Assembly: GCF_001194135.2 (NCBI RefSeq)
Contig: NC_068983.1
Coordinates: forward strand, 26,607,634-26,671,633
Direction of reading: 5' to 3'
Length of the DNA stretch: 64,000 nt
Source of the DNA: Octopus bimaculoides
Taxonomy: Eukaryota
Positions 12,205 to 25,049 of the stretch are shown here, piece after piece. Below the pieces are notes generated by a model that saw only the letters and a program-made list of their open reading frames with translations, did no database searches and was not told the origin of the DNA. The position numbers and the translations under genes were made by a program. The number at the start of each line of letters is the position of its first letter. The first letter of the stretch is position 1.

Positions 12205-13558
12205 TATATATGTATGTATGTATATGTGTGTGTGTGTGTGTGTGTGTATGAGTTAGAGGTTAAACAACCATCTAAGTGATACTAAATATCCAATATACTA
12301 CTGGGTGTATACCTACTTATTTATATCGAAATGCTTACTATTGTAGGGCAGCATAGCAGTTGAATACTAGGTATGGATGGAGGTAAAAAAGAACTATACC
12401 CAGAATTTATGAGGCCAAGAAGAAAATGGAGATGAAAATCAATCGACAAACATCAGCCTGTAGACATTTATTTATAACTATATATTAATTGATTGCAATC
12501 ATACGCATAAGTGATCAAAATAAGCAAATCAAAATAAGCAAATAAACAAGTAAATAAATAAATAAAAATGAAAAATATTTATGTATTTAGTTATTTATCT
12601 ATTTATTTACTTGTTTATTTTGGTTATTTCATTTGTTTATATCGATTACTTATCCATGTGATTGTAATCAATTAATAAATAGTTAAAATGAATATCTACA
12701 GGGTGATGTTCATCGATTGATTATCCGNNNNNNNNNNNNNNNNNNNNNNNNNNNNNNNNNNNNNNNNNNNNNNNNNNNNNNNNNNNNNNNNNNNNNNNNN
12801 NNNNNNNNNNNNNNNNNNNNNNNNNNNNNNNNNNNNNNNNNNNNNNNNNNNNNNNNNNNNNNNNNNNNNNNNNNNNNNNNNNNNNNNNNNNNNNNNNNNN
12901 NNNNNNNNNNNNNNNNNNNNNNNNNNNNNNNNNNNNNNNNNNNNNNNNNNNNNNNNNNNNNNNNNNNNTAAAGTATATATTTAAATTATGTCAGAAAAAT
13001 GTTATGAAATCTTTTTGGTATATAAACATTGTATTTTGAGAAATACACAGAGTGTTTAAATCTTTTCTAATTTGTTCTTGTTTTAAAATGAATTCGTCGA
13101 CAGTATCGTGTAGAGGAGGTTGTTGTTCATTGTTAGGTTTGTTAATGTACATTGATTTGAGGGTTGTGCATAAAAGTTGTAAATCATTACTAACCTGATC
13201 AGTGTAGTGAGTAGTGACTTCACTGTTTATCCTTTCCCGGGCGAGAAGATTTGAGTCAGAAGACAGATGGAGGAAAAACAAGCAGAGGAATTAGGTTAAC
13301 CCACAGGAAGAATGGAGAAATTGGTGACATTCGAGCGTATGCTCTTCAATAGAAACGATTGAGAGGGAAAAAAAAACGGGGAGTGAAAACAATGTTTGAG
13401 GATTAACGGTTCAACGAGATGCATCGGTCAGAATAAATATATATATAATTGAAGAAATTGGAGCCAGGAAGAACGAGTACGGTTGGACTTTTTTTTTTCA
13501 TTATTCGCTACAATATATCAATGTTGTCTCCTGTAGTCTAAATTCTTCTACATAGCAC

Positions 13559-13725
13559 GTTTGTCGTACTTTGAATTTATTAGCGGCTCACAAAAACATT
13601 TTGCATGCCGCGAGAGCGTGTTTTTCGGGCTTCTATATATGCCATATATAGCGGCTCGACAAACGTGTTAATGCGGCACACACGATGTATATGCGAACCG
13701 CTGATAAATTCAAACCACGACAAAC
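13559..13725. repeat. Short foldback / MITE-like inverted repeat
   Basis: GTTTGTCGTACTTTGAATTTATTAGCGGCTC (13559-13589) versus the reverse complement of 13695-13725, GTTTGTCGTGGTTTGAATTTATCAGCGGTTC: 27/31 identical. Confidence 0.75.
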
Positions 13726-14106
13726 AGAGTAGAAGATTCTAAAGTAACGGAGAGAACACACATATATCACCCAAGGAAATACAACTAGATTTCATTATGC
13801 AAACAGACAGTTGCATAATCAAGAACATGTACTCATGGAAAACTACGTTGCATCGAAAGAATTATAGCGAATGACTCAAGTTTCTTCAATTTTATATTGA
13901 ATGTCCAAATGGAAATTTTAAGTGCTACGAAGGACTGCGCTTAGACTCCTTGTCGAATAGTCTGAGGCGGGTCTTGTGTGATCTTGTATATGTTAAATAA
14001 AATGGGATAAGGCCAAGGCAGTTCTATACTTAAGAGATGAGGAATGATGTACAATGTTTACATTATTTGCATTTGACGGATATTTGTCCTCATCTTGTTT
14101 GTTGTT

Positions 14107-14152
14107 AACACAATGTTATGGCTGATATACCCTCCAGACTTCATCAGGTGTC
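14107..14152 (-). ncRNA. Degenerate hammerhead ribozyme motif (probably inactive)
   Basis: Sense reads GACAC CTGATGA A GTCTG GAGGGTATAT CAGCC ATAA C ATT GTGTT. CUGAUGA is intact, but GAAA has become AUAA and stem II has a mismatch. Confidence 0.6.
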
Positions 14153-14324
14153 TTCGATTCTCATTCCTAAGTTATTTTTCGATTTTATTATTATTATTAT
14201 TATTAACGCCTCCCCCAAAATTTCAGTCCTTGTGCCTATAACGGAAATTATTATCATTCTTATTATCATTATTATCAGTATTATTAAAATTTCCATTATT
14301 ATCGTTATTATTATTATTATTATT

Positions 14325-14400
14325 CAAGTCACTGCTTGGAATCGAACTTGGAATATTGGGGTTTAGTAGCCCGCGCTCTTAACCACTACGCCATATGCCC
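14325..14400 (-). promoter_or_regulatory. tRNA-like Pol III internal promoter (A and B boxes) inside the PLE 3' region
   Basis: Sense reads GGGCATATGGCGTAGTGGTTAAGAGCGCGGGCTACTAAACCCCAATATTCCAAGTTCGATTCCAAGCAGTGAC. A box TGGCGTAGTGG, B box GTTCGATTCC, anticodon-like arm GGG-CTACTAA-(A)CCC. Confidence 0.75.
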
Positions 14401-15206
14401 GTTGGCAATTATGGAGTGAATTTTAGGGCATATAAATCTTATATTTTCCTATCCTTCCTTAATACCGGTTCCCATATGTTACTCATATCTGCAAAGGAGG
14501 TTGTTGTGTCCTAGCATGTGTGCTACTTCTTTTAGTTTTCGTATTTTCTAGTGGTGTTCTCTGTCTATTATTTTAACTTCATGTCACAGGGGAAGGCGGT
14601 CTCCATTTTTCCATACATGATCAACTATACCCGATTTATCAATATATCCACGTGTCACAACTTTGCAATGTTCTTCTACCCTTATTTAGAGGGAGTGACA
14701 TGTTTCGCCTTTTTATAACCTACCGCAGCTGCATGTGATGGAGTACATGCAGTCTTAAGTCATATTTTCTTCTAATGGTCGTTTTATTCCGAAAGGATAC
14801 AAAAGATATGCGGCCCATATGACGTCAGGACATTATTCAAGAGTAATACAACAATTCGCAAACATCTCCTACATTTACCACCATCTATAACTCCTTTTTT
14901 TCTTTTCACTTTCTCTTTCCTCTTTCCTCCCCTAATATGTTTGACCAATACCATTTTTCTTACTTCTAACATACTTATCTATTCTCTTCTCTCTATCTAC
15001 TTCCTCCTACCAGTATATTCTCAAAATTTCATTTTCACTACAAGATCCATTTGAAATAACAAATGTGATTGTGTCTCTTTGCCTATCATTCTGTGCGTGT
15101 GAATGTTTGTATCTTTCTCTCTCCTCTCTGTCTTCTCACTCCCCTCTGTCTTCTCTCTCCCTTTCTCTGTATATATATATATGTGTGTGAATGTGTGTGT
15201 GTGTGT

Positions 15207-15252
<46 letters not shown>

Positions 15253-15337
15253 ACAGGAAACGTCTTTACCCATTCAACACAACACATTCCTTGGATTATT
15301 TGACAACAACTCTCACATCCTACATATATTTTTATCT

Positions 15338-15374
15338 CTAACCCTAACCCTAACCCTAACCCTAGCCCTAACCC
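15338..15374. repeat. Short interstitial (CCCTAA/TTAGGG)n telomere-like repeat
   Basis: CTAACCCTAACCCTAACCCTAACCCTAGCCCTAACCC, about six units with one variant. Confidence 0.85.
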
Positions 15375-16049
15375 AAAATAACTTTTTATATAATGAACTC
15401 TACTATTCCTTTTTATTGAAACTCTCTCATATCATCTCTGATTATGGGATATCTTTAATATCCTGAAACAGTTTTAAGACTATCTTTCTCTTTATAAATG
15501 TCCTGGAAATATCACACTGTCTTCGCTTTGTTATCTAATTGTATTTAACCCACACAACACAACACACACATACATATAGAGAAAAAGAGAGAGAGAGGAG
15601 AGAGAGGCAGAATGCAGACAGGCAGATAGGCACACGCACAGGCAGACAAGCGTCAAACACAAGTACAGATAGACGGAAAAGTCATGTGTGTTGTGTTCCC
15701 CACGCTACCGTCTACCAACTCACTCAAATCTTTTAACATCTGTTTGCTTTGGTCAGTGGACTGCTACAATGCTGGTGCACCGCGTTGAAGAATTTCAGTA
15801 AAACCTCACACAGTAGGATTCGAACTAAAAGCATGTTATTGAAATCTATTTTCTTAACCACATACCTATGTTTGCACGTTTGTGGCTTTATAAATATCAC
15901 CTTATGCAAAAGTATAGGATCTAGCAATTGTAATCGAATGATTTAAAACAATTCATTGTAAATATTTTCTAAAAAAAAATGAAGTATAAATATACATATA
16001 TGCATGTATATTTATAATTATGTATATTTAGAAATGAATATATAAATAC

Positions 16050-16424
16050 GGAGGCGCAATGGCCTAGTGGTTAGGGCAGCGGACTCGCAGTTTCGATTCT
16101 CAGACCCGGCGTTGTAAGTGTTTATTGAGCGAAAACACCTAAAGCCCCACGAGGTTCCGGCAGGGGATGGTGGTGAACCCTGCTGTACTCTTTCACCACA
16201 ACTTTCTCTCACTCTTACTTCCTGTTTCTGTTATGCCTGTATTTCAAAGGGGCCAGCCTTGTCACACTCTGTGTCACGCTGAATATCCCCGAGCACTACG
16301 TTAAGGGTACACGTGCCTGTGGAGTGTTCAGCCACTTGCACGTTAATTTCACAAGCAGGCTGTTCCGTTGATCGGATCAACTGGAACCCTCGACGTCGTA
16401 AGCGACGGAGTGCCAACAACAACA
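16050..16424 (+). mobile_element. Near full-length tRNA-derived SINE (family B) with 10-bp target-site duplication
   Basis: Head GGAGGCGCAATGGCCTAGTGGTTAGGGCAGC (A box) and GTTTCGATTCTC (B-box-like). 3' stem-loop CGTCG-TAAG-CGACG followed by a (CAA)n tail. TSD ATATAAATAC at 16040-16049 and 16425-16434. Confidence 0.88.
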
Positions 16425-18569
16425 ATATAAATACACACATACGTTCGTACACACATATGTACGCACAAATATTAACTTGCGTTGCGTAAATATATGCTTA
16501 AACATATACACATATACACGTATACGCAAACATATGTGTGTATGTGTTTCTCACTGCATATATGTCTGTCGTGTGTTTGTGACTATCTCTAAATGCTCAT
16601 TATAAAATACGACACAAGTGTAATTAGTTGCCTCGAATGATCATTAGATTCTTTGAAACTATATTGTAATTAGACCAGATATTAGATGAATAGTAATGTA
16701 TGAATGTAAAGTGTAATATAGTCGATTTGGTTTTAACACTGTGGCTGATATATTTTTGGACATCAGAAAATTAGTTTGAAACAATACGGGGACACTGAGA
16801 ATGTGTTTTAATATAAAACAATGAAAGTTCCAGATTCATAGTGTTAATGTTATTCATAGAAACTATGTCTGAAATCGATTCTTCTATGCTAGAACACATA
16901 ATAACTTAATTTATGTAGCATGTGCTCCTTTCTTGCCTCAATTTAATTAAATTGTAATTTATGTGTTGCGGAAATGCAACAGAAGAAAAAATAACAATGC
17001 ACTGGATTTCCAGTCGAGAGTTTTTTTGACATGATTCTATCAATTAATGTAACACATGTTTGGAAGAATTTGACATAATGAAGAAAATCATATAATTTCC
17101 GATTACGGTCAAAATCAGTCATCAGAAGGAATTATCCGAACGTTAGTGTTTGGTTCACTACACTCAGCATAATTTTTCTTAATTTCAAAGATATATTTTA
17201 AAAGAATCTTTTTTCAAATTGTTTCTTGTTAACAGGAAATAAACAAATAGAAAAGGATTTTGTCAGCTAAAAATATGCGTAAACGTTCGATGAAATGTAT
17301 CAAATTAGTAACAATTTAAATGAATATTTTAATATGGTTCCATATATATAATTGGTTGTATGGCAAAACAGAATAGCTCACACATCAATGAGTATAAATA
17401 CTTTCATACGAACCAATTAAATTCACTCAAATCTTCTTCAATTCTAGAAAGATAATATCTCTGATACACAATATCAGACACATTTGTAAAAAATTCAATA
17501 TCTTAATATTTCTGGTCTCTATCACGTGATACAGAGTAAGTATTTCTTTTTAAAAATGTTTTACGTATCGGACCTTTGCAAATGATACAGCTATAAATAT
17601 TATGTTTTTGAAATATAGTCTCCCTTCCTCCAAATTATGCGTTTTCTATGTTTTTTTTTTTAATGTCACTTTTTCGATATTCTCACGAGATTTTATATTA
17701 TACTGAGCTAATGCGAACCTCATAGTCTTATATAAGCAATTACAGACTTAACATTTTTGTTATTTATGTAGTTCATTGGGTAAACTGTTTGTAAATTAAA
17801 ACTTTTACAAATAGAATCACTAACCTGATATTTGAAATAAGTTAAGAACACTGAAAATATATTCCAAATGTCTGTATAAAAAGAGCATATACTATTTTTA
17901 TGATTTTAGCACAAAATGCATAAATATGATAGCAATTTTATGCAAATTTAAAAATAATATACTATAAAACCCAATTCTATGCAAACCTTAATATAATATA
18001 GTACCAATTCTACGCAAACTTTAAAAAATTGCACATACATTTATAAATAATATTCTTTTCCACGTTCAACAGAAATTGCTCGGTAATTATACTGTGATTA
18101 TCGTTATATCACCTTAATACACATCGAAATATACGCTCCTTAGATGTTTATGAGATTAACACTGTAAGATTTCACGTTATTTTATAAGCATTAGATAAAA
18201 AGGTCTCAACTAACAATGAAAAGAACATTGGCAGGGACAAATGAAACTAAGTTTTAAATTTGTTTCCTAATATTCTTCGAAGAGAAAAATAATCCACGAT
18301 ATTGTCCTGTGAGATATGTTACTGCAAAAAATATCGTTTTCAGATTTGTTCAAGGCAGTCTTTTCTAAGGATGACATCGTGGTTTGAATTACAAGGAACA
18401 TCATGCCACATAGAAAAGGTCATATCTTTCTGACATTTTGTGGATGCTATTGATTATGTTTGCAATGATATTCAGAAAATCGACCTTTTCGATCGCATCA
18501 TAGATGCTTAAGAATATCATTCTTTCATTCATCGGGAACCTCACGTACATGTGTGTGTGTGTGCGTGTG

Positions 18570-18615
<46 letters not shown>

Positions 18616-21600
18616 TAACAAGATACACAGAGGTATGTGCGTGCATAAATGTTTATCTCAGAGTGTATGAGCATCTTATTGTTTTTTAAGCAATACTTTA
18701 ATCACATGTGTCTTTCGTTAACGGACAATGTCATATTCTATACATGATTTTTATCACAAATTGATATTCATTTTATGTTCTTCGTAATTACAGAAATTTA
18801 CTTTTAACACCAACACATTCACAATTCAAATAGATGTTAAGACGGTTTTTTTTTTCTTTTTTGCAATATCCAGAACAAAGAAGCTGTACAACAACATCCC
18901 ACATAATAATATCAAACATAATTGAATTCTTCGGATGTAGCTTGGAAAATGTAGTTATTGTGTTATTTTACGACTACGAACCTTCAAAGATATACACTGT
19001 AGTGAGAAAACATAACGCATTTATGAATAAAATATTAAAACCCAGACGTAACTGGAAATCGAATAAGTGTTTCCCCGGCAGTTTCTATGATTTTTTCGTA
19101 ATGCAAATTTTTTTTGAGATATTAAACGTATTCCAGACTTGTTTATTGTACAAAATGTTGCATTGCATATAGTTTCACTTTATAGTAACAAGTAATTTAA
19201 TTACCTTTCAGAGTACATAACGTCTAACGCAAGACGTATAACACGATAGATCATGTGATAAATTACTACTACCTTTCTAAAATCCCAAGCTAGTCATTAG
19301 GAAGGTCCATATATATAAAATATACCTCGAGGTATCGTGTCAAATACGCAATAATTAAATGTATATAAATGTATATATATGTATATGCATATATATGTGT
19401 ATGAGTGAGCGTGTTTATGTGTGCTTGTATTTCCAAGATTTATTAAGATTTATAAATACATACATCATACATACATATACATATGTGTGTGTGCGCGCGC
19501 GCCCCCGTGTGTGTGTGAAAGTATATATGTATATACGTTTGTAAGGTGTAACTTGTCTTGAGTGTAATCAAAATTTTGAACTTTTTGAAAAATTAGTTAA
19601 CTTTTCTAAGAATCATAAAAGAAATGTCATGAACTTTAGAAAATAGAACACTGATTTCAAATATGTGTTTACTTAATACAGAAACCAAATGTCAGTGTTA
19701 AATATTTCTACAAATTTCAATAAGAATGTCTGATATGAGCATCGATTTAATAATTATAACAACGACAATGTAATTTATTCGATGGAATACTTTTATACAT
19801 GAGTGGATACCTGATGATTCATAATCTTATTGTACGTCACAAGTTCTTCAATGATTTGGCATCAGATAACAGCTCAGAATAACAATTACCACACTTGGTA
19901 TGGTTCACTATTAAGATGTCAAAGGTAGGTCATGTGTTGCAAATCATGGCTTTCGCAGATAATTAATTCTGCATCTGTTTCATTTGTACTTAAAATAGAA
20001 AATGTTCTGAGAATAGTAGGACCTCTCTTTTATTGAACAGTCAATGGTATGAAATGTAAAGTAGTTGAAAACATCAGAGATGTAAAGCAACATAACAAAT
20101 TTTATGTCAAATTTTGATTTTGTTGCTTTTATAATTGTATATTACGGGCTCTGAACAATAATATTTTTATTTCCGGTTTATAAACCTTGCGTTTAGTATG
20201 TACATTAACAATATTTATGCATGCATTACGTCTCAGTAAGTGAGAACTCTAAAATGTTTCCGTTATATTATTATCAGTAGTAATTTATAGCATTTATAGT
20301 AATTTATAGTAATTTATAGCATTTAGATGAAAAATAAACCTAACCTTCCATTCCGGCTGCTAAAACATACCATGCAGAAAAACTCTGCTTGATTATCGTA
20401 GATTGAAATGAGCTGAGCAAAAACGGGGATGTAATGTTTTAAAATATGCACTGTAAATGTGGTAAATACTTTATAAAAATATCAAATATCAGATATGTGC
20501 ATGCGTCAGATATGTGTGTGTGATTGTTTTTGTGTGTGTGCTTGTGTGCGTATGTGTACATGCATACATTACGAAGTTTATACTATTGTGATGAAATGAA
20601 ATAGGCATTACTGATAGTTGAAGAGTGCAAAAATATCTAAATATTTAGTACGAGAATTTGAACCTGTGAAATCCCTACCTTATACATTGCGTTAATTAAT
20701 TACTTAGGCCAGGCGATATGCAAATATTTTATAGAATTGTGTATATTCTATTGACGCTATTTTAATGTTTTAAACTTCAGAAATTGAAAGTCAACATAGA
20801 CAAAATTAATACGGATAATTCATTTCTCATATTTTATTTTTTTTAAATACAACAAAAGTCTTCTTATTCTCGAGTTATTAGCAAACAAAACGTGTCTACA
20901 AAATGTCTCGTCTCTTAGTGTATACATTTAACTATATCTGAATTATAAACGCATTCTAAATGTCTTACTGATATGCATATTGATTTTATGACTGATTTGT
21001 ATCTCTATCAATATTTATTTCAAATCTCTTAATATTGAACTGGAATATATTAAACTATTGTCATATAGAAGGATATCAAATCATTGAGCAAAGTTTATTT
21101 TCATATTAAATTTCAAATGGTTTATTCTAGTATTAGAATAACTTGTTGTCTAGGAACCTATTGCATTGGCGTTTATCANNNNNNNNNNATATATGCATGT
21201 GTATGCATATATGTATGTATGTACATGTATGTATGTACATGTATGTATGTACATGTATGTACATGTATGTATGTGTATGTACATGTATGTATGTATGTAT
21301 AAATATATATTCATAGTTTCACATCTAAGATATAGCTAAATTACATGATATTTCTCTTATACGCTAGGTAGTCTATCAAAAAATAAAACGCTATTGGCCA
21401 TGGCAATGTTACCATAGATTGAAATATAGGAAGATAGCTAATGTTCTATAAAGTTCAGGATATGGATCTCCTGCATTTCATAAATGATTGAGAATAGACG
21501 CAATTGTAGGCTTTATGAATTAGTATTGCTATTCTTTTTAGTTGTTGTTTCTGTGTCTGAGATCAGTCCAACTCTAGAGTGAGGCAGTATATATAGATGA

Positions 21601-22438
21601 CCGGTAATTATTAGATGTTAATTAAGTTGTAATTTAAATTATACAAACCCTTCATATATGATAATTATTATATTAAATGAACACATTTATAATTAACAGA
21701 TATCATATTATTCTTGTCAATGTGATTATGCATTCCATTTGAAATAAATGATACCAAATATTAAATTCATCCTTATTACTGAATAACGGAAAATTGAAAT
21801 AAATTTGGTGAGAGAATTGATATTCATTTTTAACTTGTATGTTATGCCAGGAAATAAGAGGTGGGTTACCAGCAATCTAGTCAACCACATTTCTTCTCTG
21901 GTATCGACCTCGGAAATAAGCTGTAACTAGAGTTTTGCAACTCATCGTGTCCAGTGAAATACTTAAATACTTCAAGGTATTTTGTCATGCTCTTTACCTG
22001 TTATTCCAGTCATTTCATCGTTGTGCAACACAGTAATTTTCAAAAGATTGAGCACTCTTTCATTGTCTTTATCTCTCCCATTATATATTTTCGCCAAATA
22101 AGTGGTGACGACTAATGACTGACCAATGAATTGTAGCGCAACAATCTCATATCATTTCTAAATTCACTCATACTGGACTAAGGTGTACTTTCTATTCGAT
22201 GTCTCACTCATCTTGTACATACAGAATTATTCTTAACATATTAGGAATGTTAATTTGTATCTTTAAAATGGGGGAACGATTAATATTATGTATAGTACGC
22301 AGTAGTTAATGTTAAATGTGTGCTTGGTCCCCGGTTCGTATCTGCATTTCCACATTCCTCTCATCAATATATATTTTAATACAGGTATTCTTTTTACCTT
22401 TCTTTTTTCTTCTCTGTTTTTTCCCCCCATCTAATCAT

Positions 22439-22471
22439 TTTCCCGTTCGTCAACATGTTACGAACGGGAAA
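22439..22471. repeat. 33-nt near-perfect palindrome
   Basis: TTTCCCGTTCGT-C-AACATGTT-ACGAACGGGAAA is fully self-complementary except one bulged C. Confidence 0.9.
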
Positions 22472-23764
22472 GGGAATGGAAGTAACCAGAGGAGACAGGA
22501 GATTTTATCAGATAGCTTCAGTAATGCTGCTCAAACAACAGGACAGGTTATTCTGTAGACATGATCACACTAGGAGCCATTATTTCAAACGACTGCAATC
22601 ATAGCACATAAAGGGAAAGAGAGTAAGACAGAAAGGGGAACAGAATATAGGAGAGATTTTGAAAGAGGGAAAGAAGGAAGAAGAACAGAAGAGAAGGGGA
22701 GAATGAGTTAGGAAGAGATATATTTCTATATTATGCCTAAGTGGCAGTGCATTACGGAATAAACAGAACTTAGGAAAGATCATGTAATATATAACTACTA
22801 TAAGGTCCCACGGATTGCTATCATGCGTTTGGGGGTTGATAAAACAAATGATTCTTTTATTCGACCGTTCATTACCACTGCAGTTACCTCAATTTTCAGA
22901 TTACGCGTATGCCATTCTATATTGTATTTGTAATTAGAAGCGTTATCTGCAAATAAATACTGAAACCATGTTATTTCCAAGAATATATTCTCTGTGATAT
23001 AATATAATGTACACATATACAGAAACACATACATATATGGGTGTGTGTCAGCGTGTACATTAGTGTATGCTTGTGTGTGTGTGAGTATGGTTATGTGTAG
23101 AGTGAGTCTGTGCGTTATTGTTCATTTTCATAGCCTCTAGCAAAATGTCAGTTAATATTTGGAGAGTTTGTGGAACATAAGTTACATATTTGATTTAATT
23201 AAATTCAAATAAAGAATATAATTTAAATCTATGTTTATTTTACTAGATAATTTTCATTTAAGTCAAGTTTACACCACATTCAACTCATTTGATTCCTGTT
23301 TTCTGTGAATTCAAATTTAGAATGTATATATATTTTATTGGATAACAAAATTGCGTTTATTTTATAGAATATTGCTTCGTTTGCTTTTTCCGACATCGTT
23401 TCTATTCCTGTGTCAAGTAACAGTGTAACAAAGAATGTTAAGGCACCAAGTAATATTAGTTAAACATTTATATTTTCGACAAATGTATCATATTTAGAAG
23501 TCAATGGAAACACGTGATTTCAATATGTTGTTTTGTTTGCATAGATTGACAATATAGTGAGTATCTTAAGATAGTTTGTCACGAATATACAACATACTTA
23601 ATTCGATTAACTATATCCCAATATATATTAATGAATGTATAGACGTGCGTGTATGTGCGGGTATTTGTGTGTATGTGTGCACGAGTTCAAGTGTGTATGT
23701 GCATGTGTGTGTGTGTGTGCGTGTGTGTGTGTGTGTGTGTGCATCATGCTTTCTAATACAAGAT

Positions 23765-23971
23765 CAGTTTTATCCTTTATCTTTTATTCATTTCCGTGAT
23801 CGGATTTCGACCATGCTTTGGCACCGCCAACGAGAATTTTAGTCTCACAGCTACCTACACAGGTATCTATTTTTATCGAAGCCTGGTACTTATACTATTC
23901 CACTCTTTTACCGAACCGNNNNNNNNNNNNNNNNNNNNNNNNNNNNNNNNNNNNNNNNNNNNNNNNNNNNN

Positions 23972-24019
<48 letters not shown>

Positions 24020-24125
24020 GATGGGTTTCGGCTAGGCCCGAGTCTGTCGTAAAAACACGCAGTGGGACTGAACCCAGAACTATCTTGTTGGGAAGCAAAC
24101 TACTTACCGTACATCCGCGCCTGCC
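23765..24125 (-). mobile_element. tRNA-derived SINE (family D) spanning an N-gap
   Basis: Head reverse complement GGCAGGCGCGG...GGTAAGTAGTTTGCTTCCCAACAAG...GGGTTCAGTCCCACTGCG, central (GT)n, and 3' part homologous to 27305-27685 and 36001-36435. Confidence 0.75.
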
Positions 24126-24977
24126 CTTATGTTGATCTCATCTTGGCATTTGTCATACTGTGTGGTGTGAGAATAAGAAAATGAGTCCGTTGGGAGAGCA
24201 TCTTTTCCTCATAAAGATCAATAATCTTAACGCTAGTAAATATATATTTCTCTTGAGGCTTCAACTGTGTAATAAACACTTAAAAGCCCCACAAACTAGT
24301 GTTACACTGCTGTAGCTCTATATTTCGCACATCTGCGACAATATAATACAGAACTTTATGTATTATCAAGCACGCGGAAATTATGATTATCAGCCTAGCC
24401 TGACAGCAATTCTTTTTGAAGTACTTCAAGGCTGCAAAGATTACTGATGTTTGAATCTTCAGGGCAATGGCCTATCATTGAAGCTATCGGATTATTACAT
24501 TTCGGACAATTAAATACGGCTAATTTCTTACCTTTAGAAGCTTGCAAAATACACTATCAGGGGAGCAGTTGAGAGTTACTAGTCCCTTAGTGGGTTCGCT
24601 TTTTTGGATTGCCGTATCATCTAAGTCATTAACTTCATTAATCATTATTTTACAATCATGAACAGTTTAGATATCTCTCTCAATGTCTTTGTTTCTTTCT
24701 TTTTGTTTTTAAACTCATTCATTCTCCCTTTCTTCCTTTTCGTTCTTTCACTAATTCATTCTTTCACTCATTTATTCTCTCGCTCTTTTACTCTTTCATT
24801 CTCTCTGTATTTTAAAGATTTATATTTTCTTGCTTGCTTATCATACTCATCTATGTGCTGGCAATTACTAGATCATCGATGGAGTCAACAGACGAAGTTT
24901 CATGTAGGATGTATGAATGCATGTATTTGTAGTTTATGTGTGTGAGTGTATATATATATATATATGACTACATGTGG

Positions 24978-25030
<53 letters not shown>

Positions 25031-25049
25031 TACATATAATTGGTAATTT

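Larger units (their letters stand above)
14019..14845 (-). mobile_element. 3' portion of a Penelope-like element: GIY-YIG endonuclease relic + tRNA-like cassette + (TAA)n + hammerhead-bearing terminal repeat
   Basis: One minus frame from about 14754 down to 14490 reads DCMYSITCSCGRL*KGETCHSL*IRVEEHCKVVTRGYIDKSGIVDHVWKNGDRLPL*HEVKIIDREHH*KIRKLKEVAHMLGHNNLLCR, then (shifted) DMSNIWEPVLRKDRKI*. This has the PLE GIY-YIG pattern VYxIxC..C...YxGET..R..EH...E. The downstream terminus is homologous to 29780-29947, 42446-42640 and 42810-42969. Confidence 0.85.

Noticed and set aside
12991-13281. 96-aa minus-strand ORF with natural-looking composition
   Set aside because: Starts at a non-ATG codon, matches no domain I know, and ends beside a gap; cannot be supported without homology search.
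16050-16120. tRNA-like sequences (also 14325, 25160, 27620, 36001, 42688) as real tRNA genes
   Set aside because: No complete cloverleaf; all are heads of dispersed repeats, and the 16050 copy has a TSD and a simple-repeat tail.
21990-22150. Open minus frame VTTYLAKIYNGRDKDNERVLNLLKITVLHNDEMTGIT ending at AG|GTAAAG
   Set aside because: Acceptor ambiguous, no recognisable protein, no linked exons.
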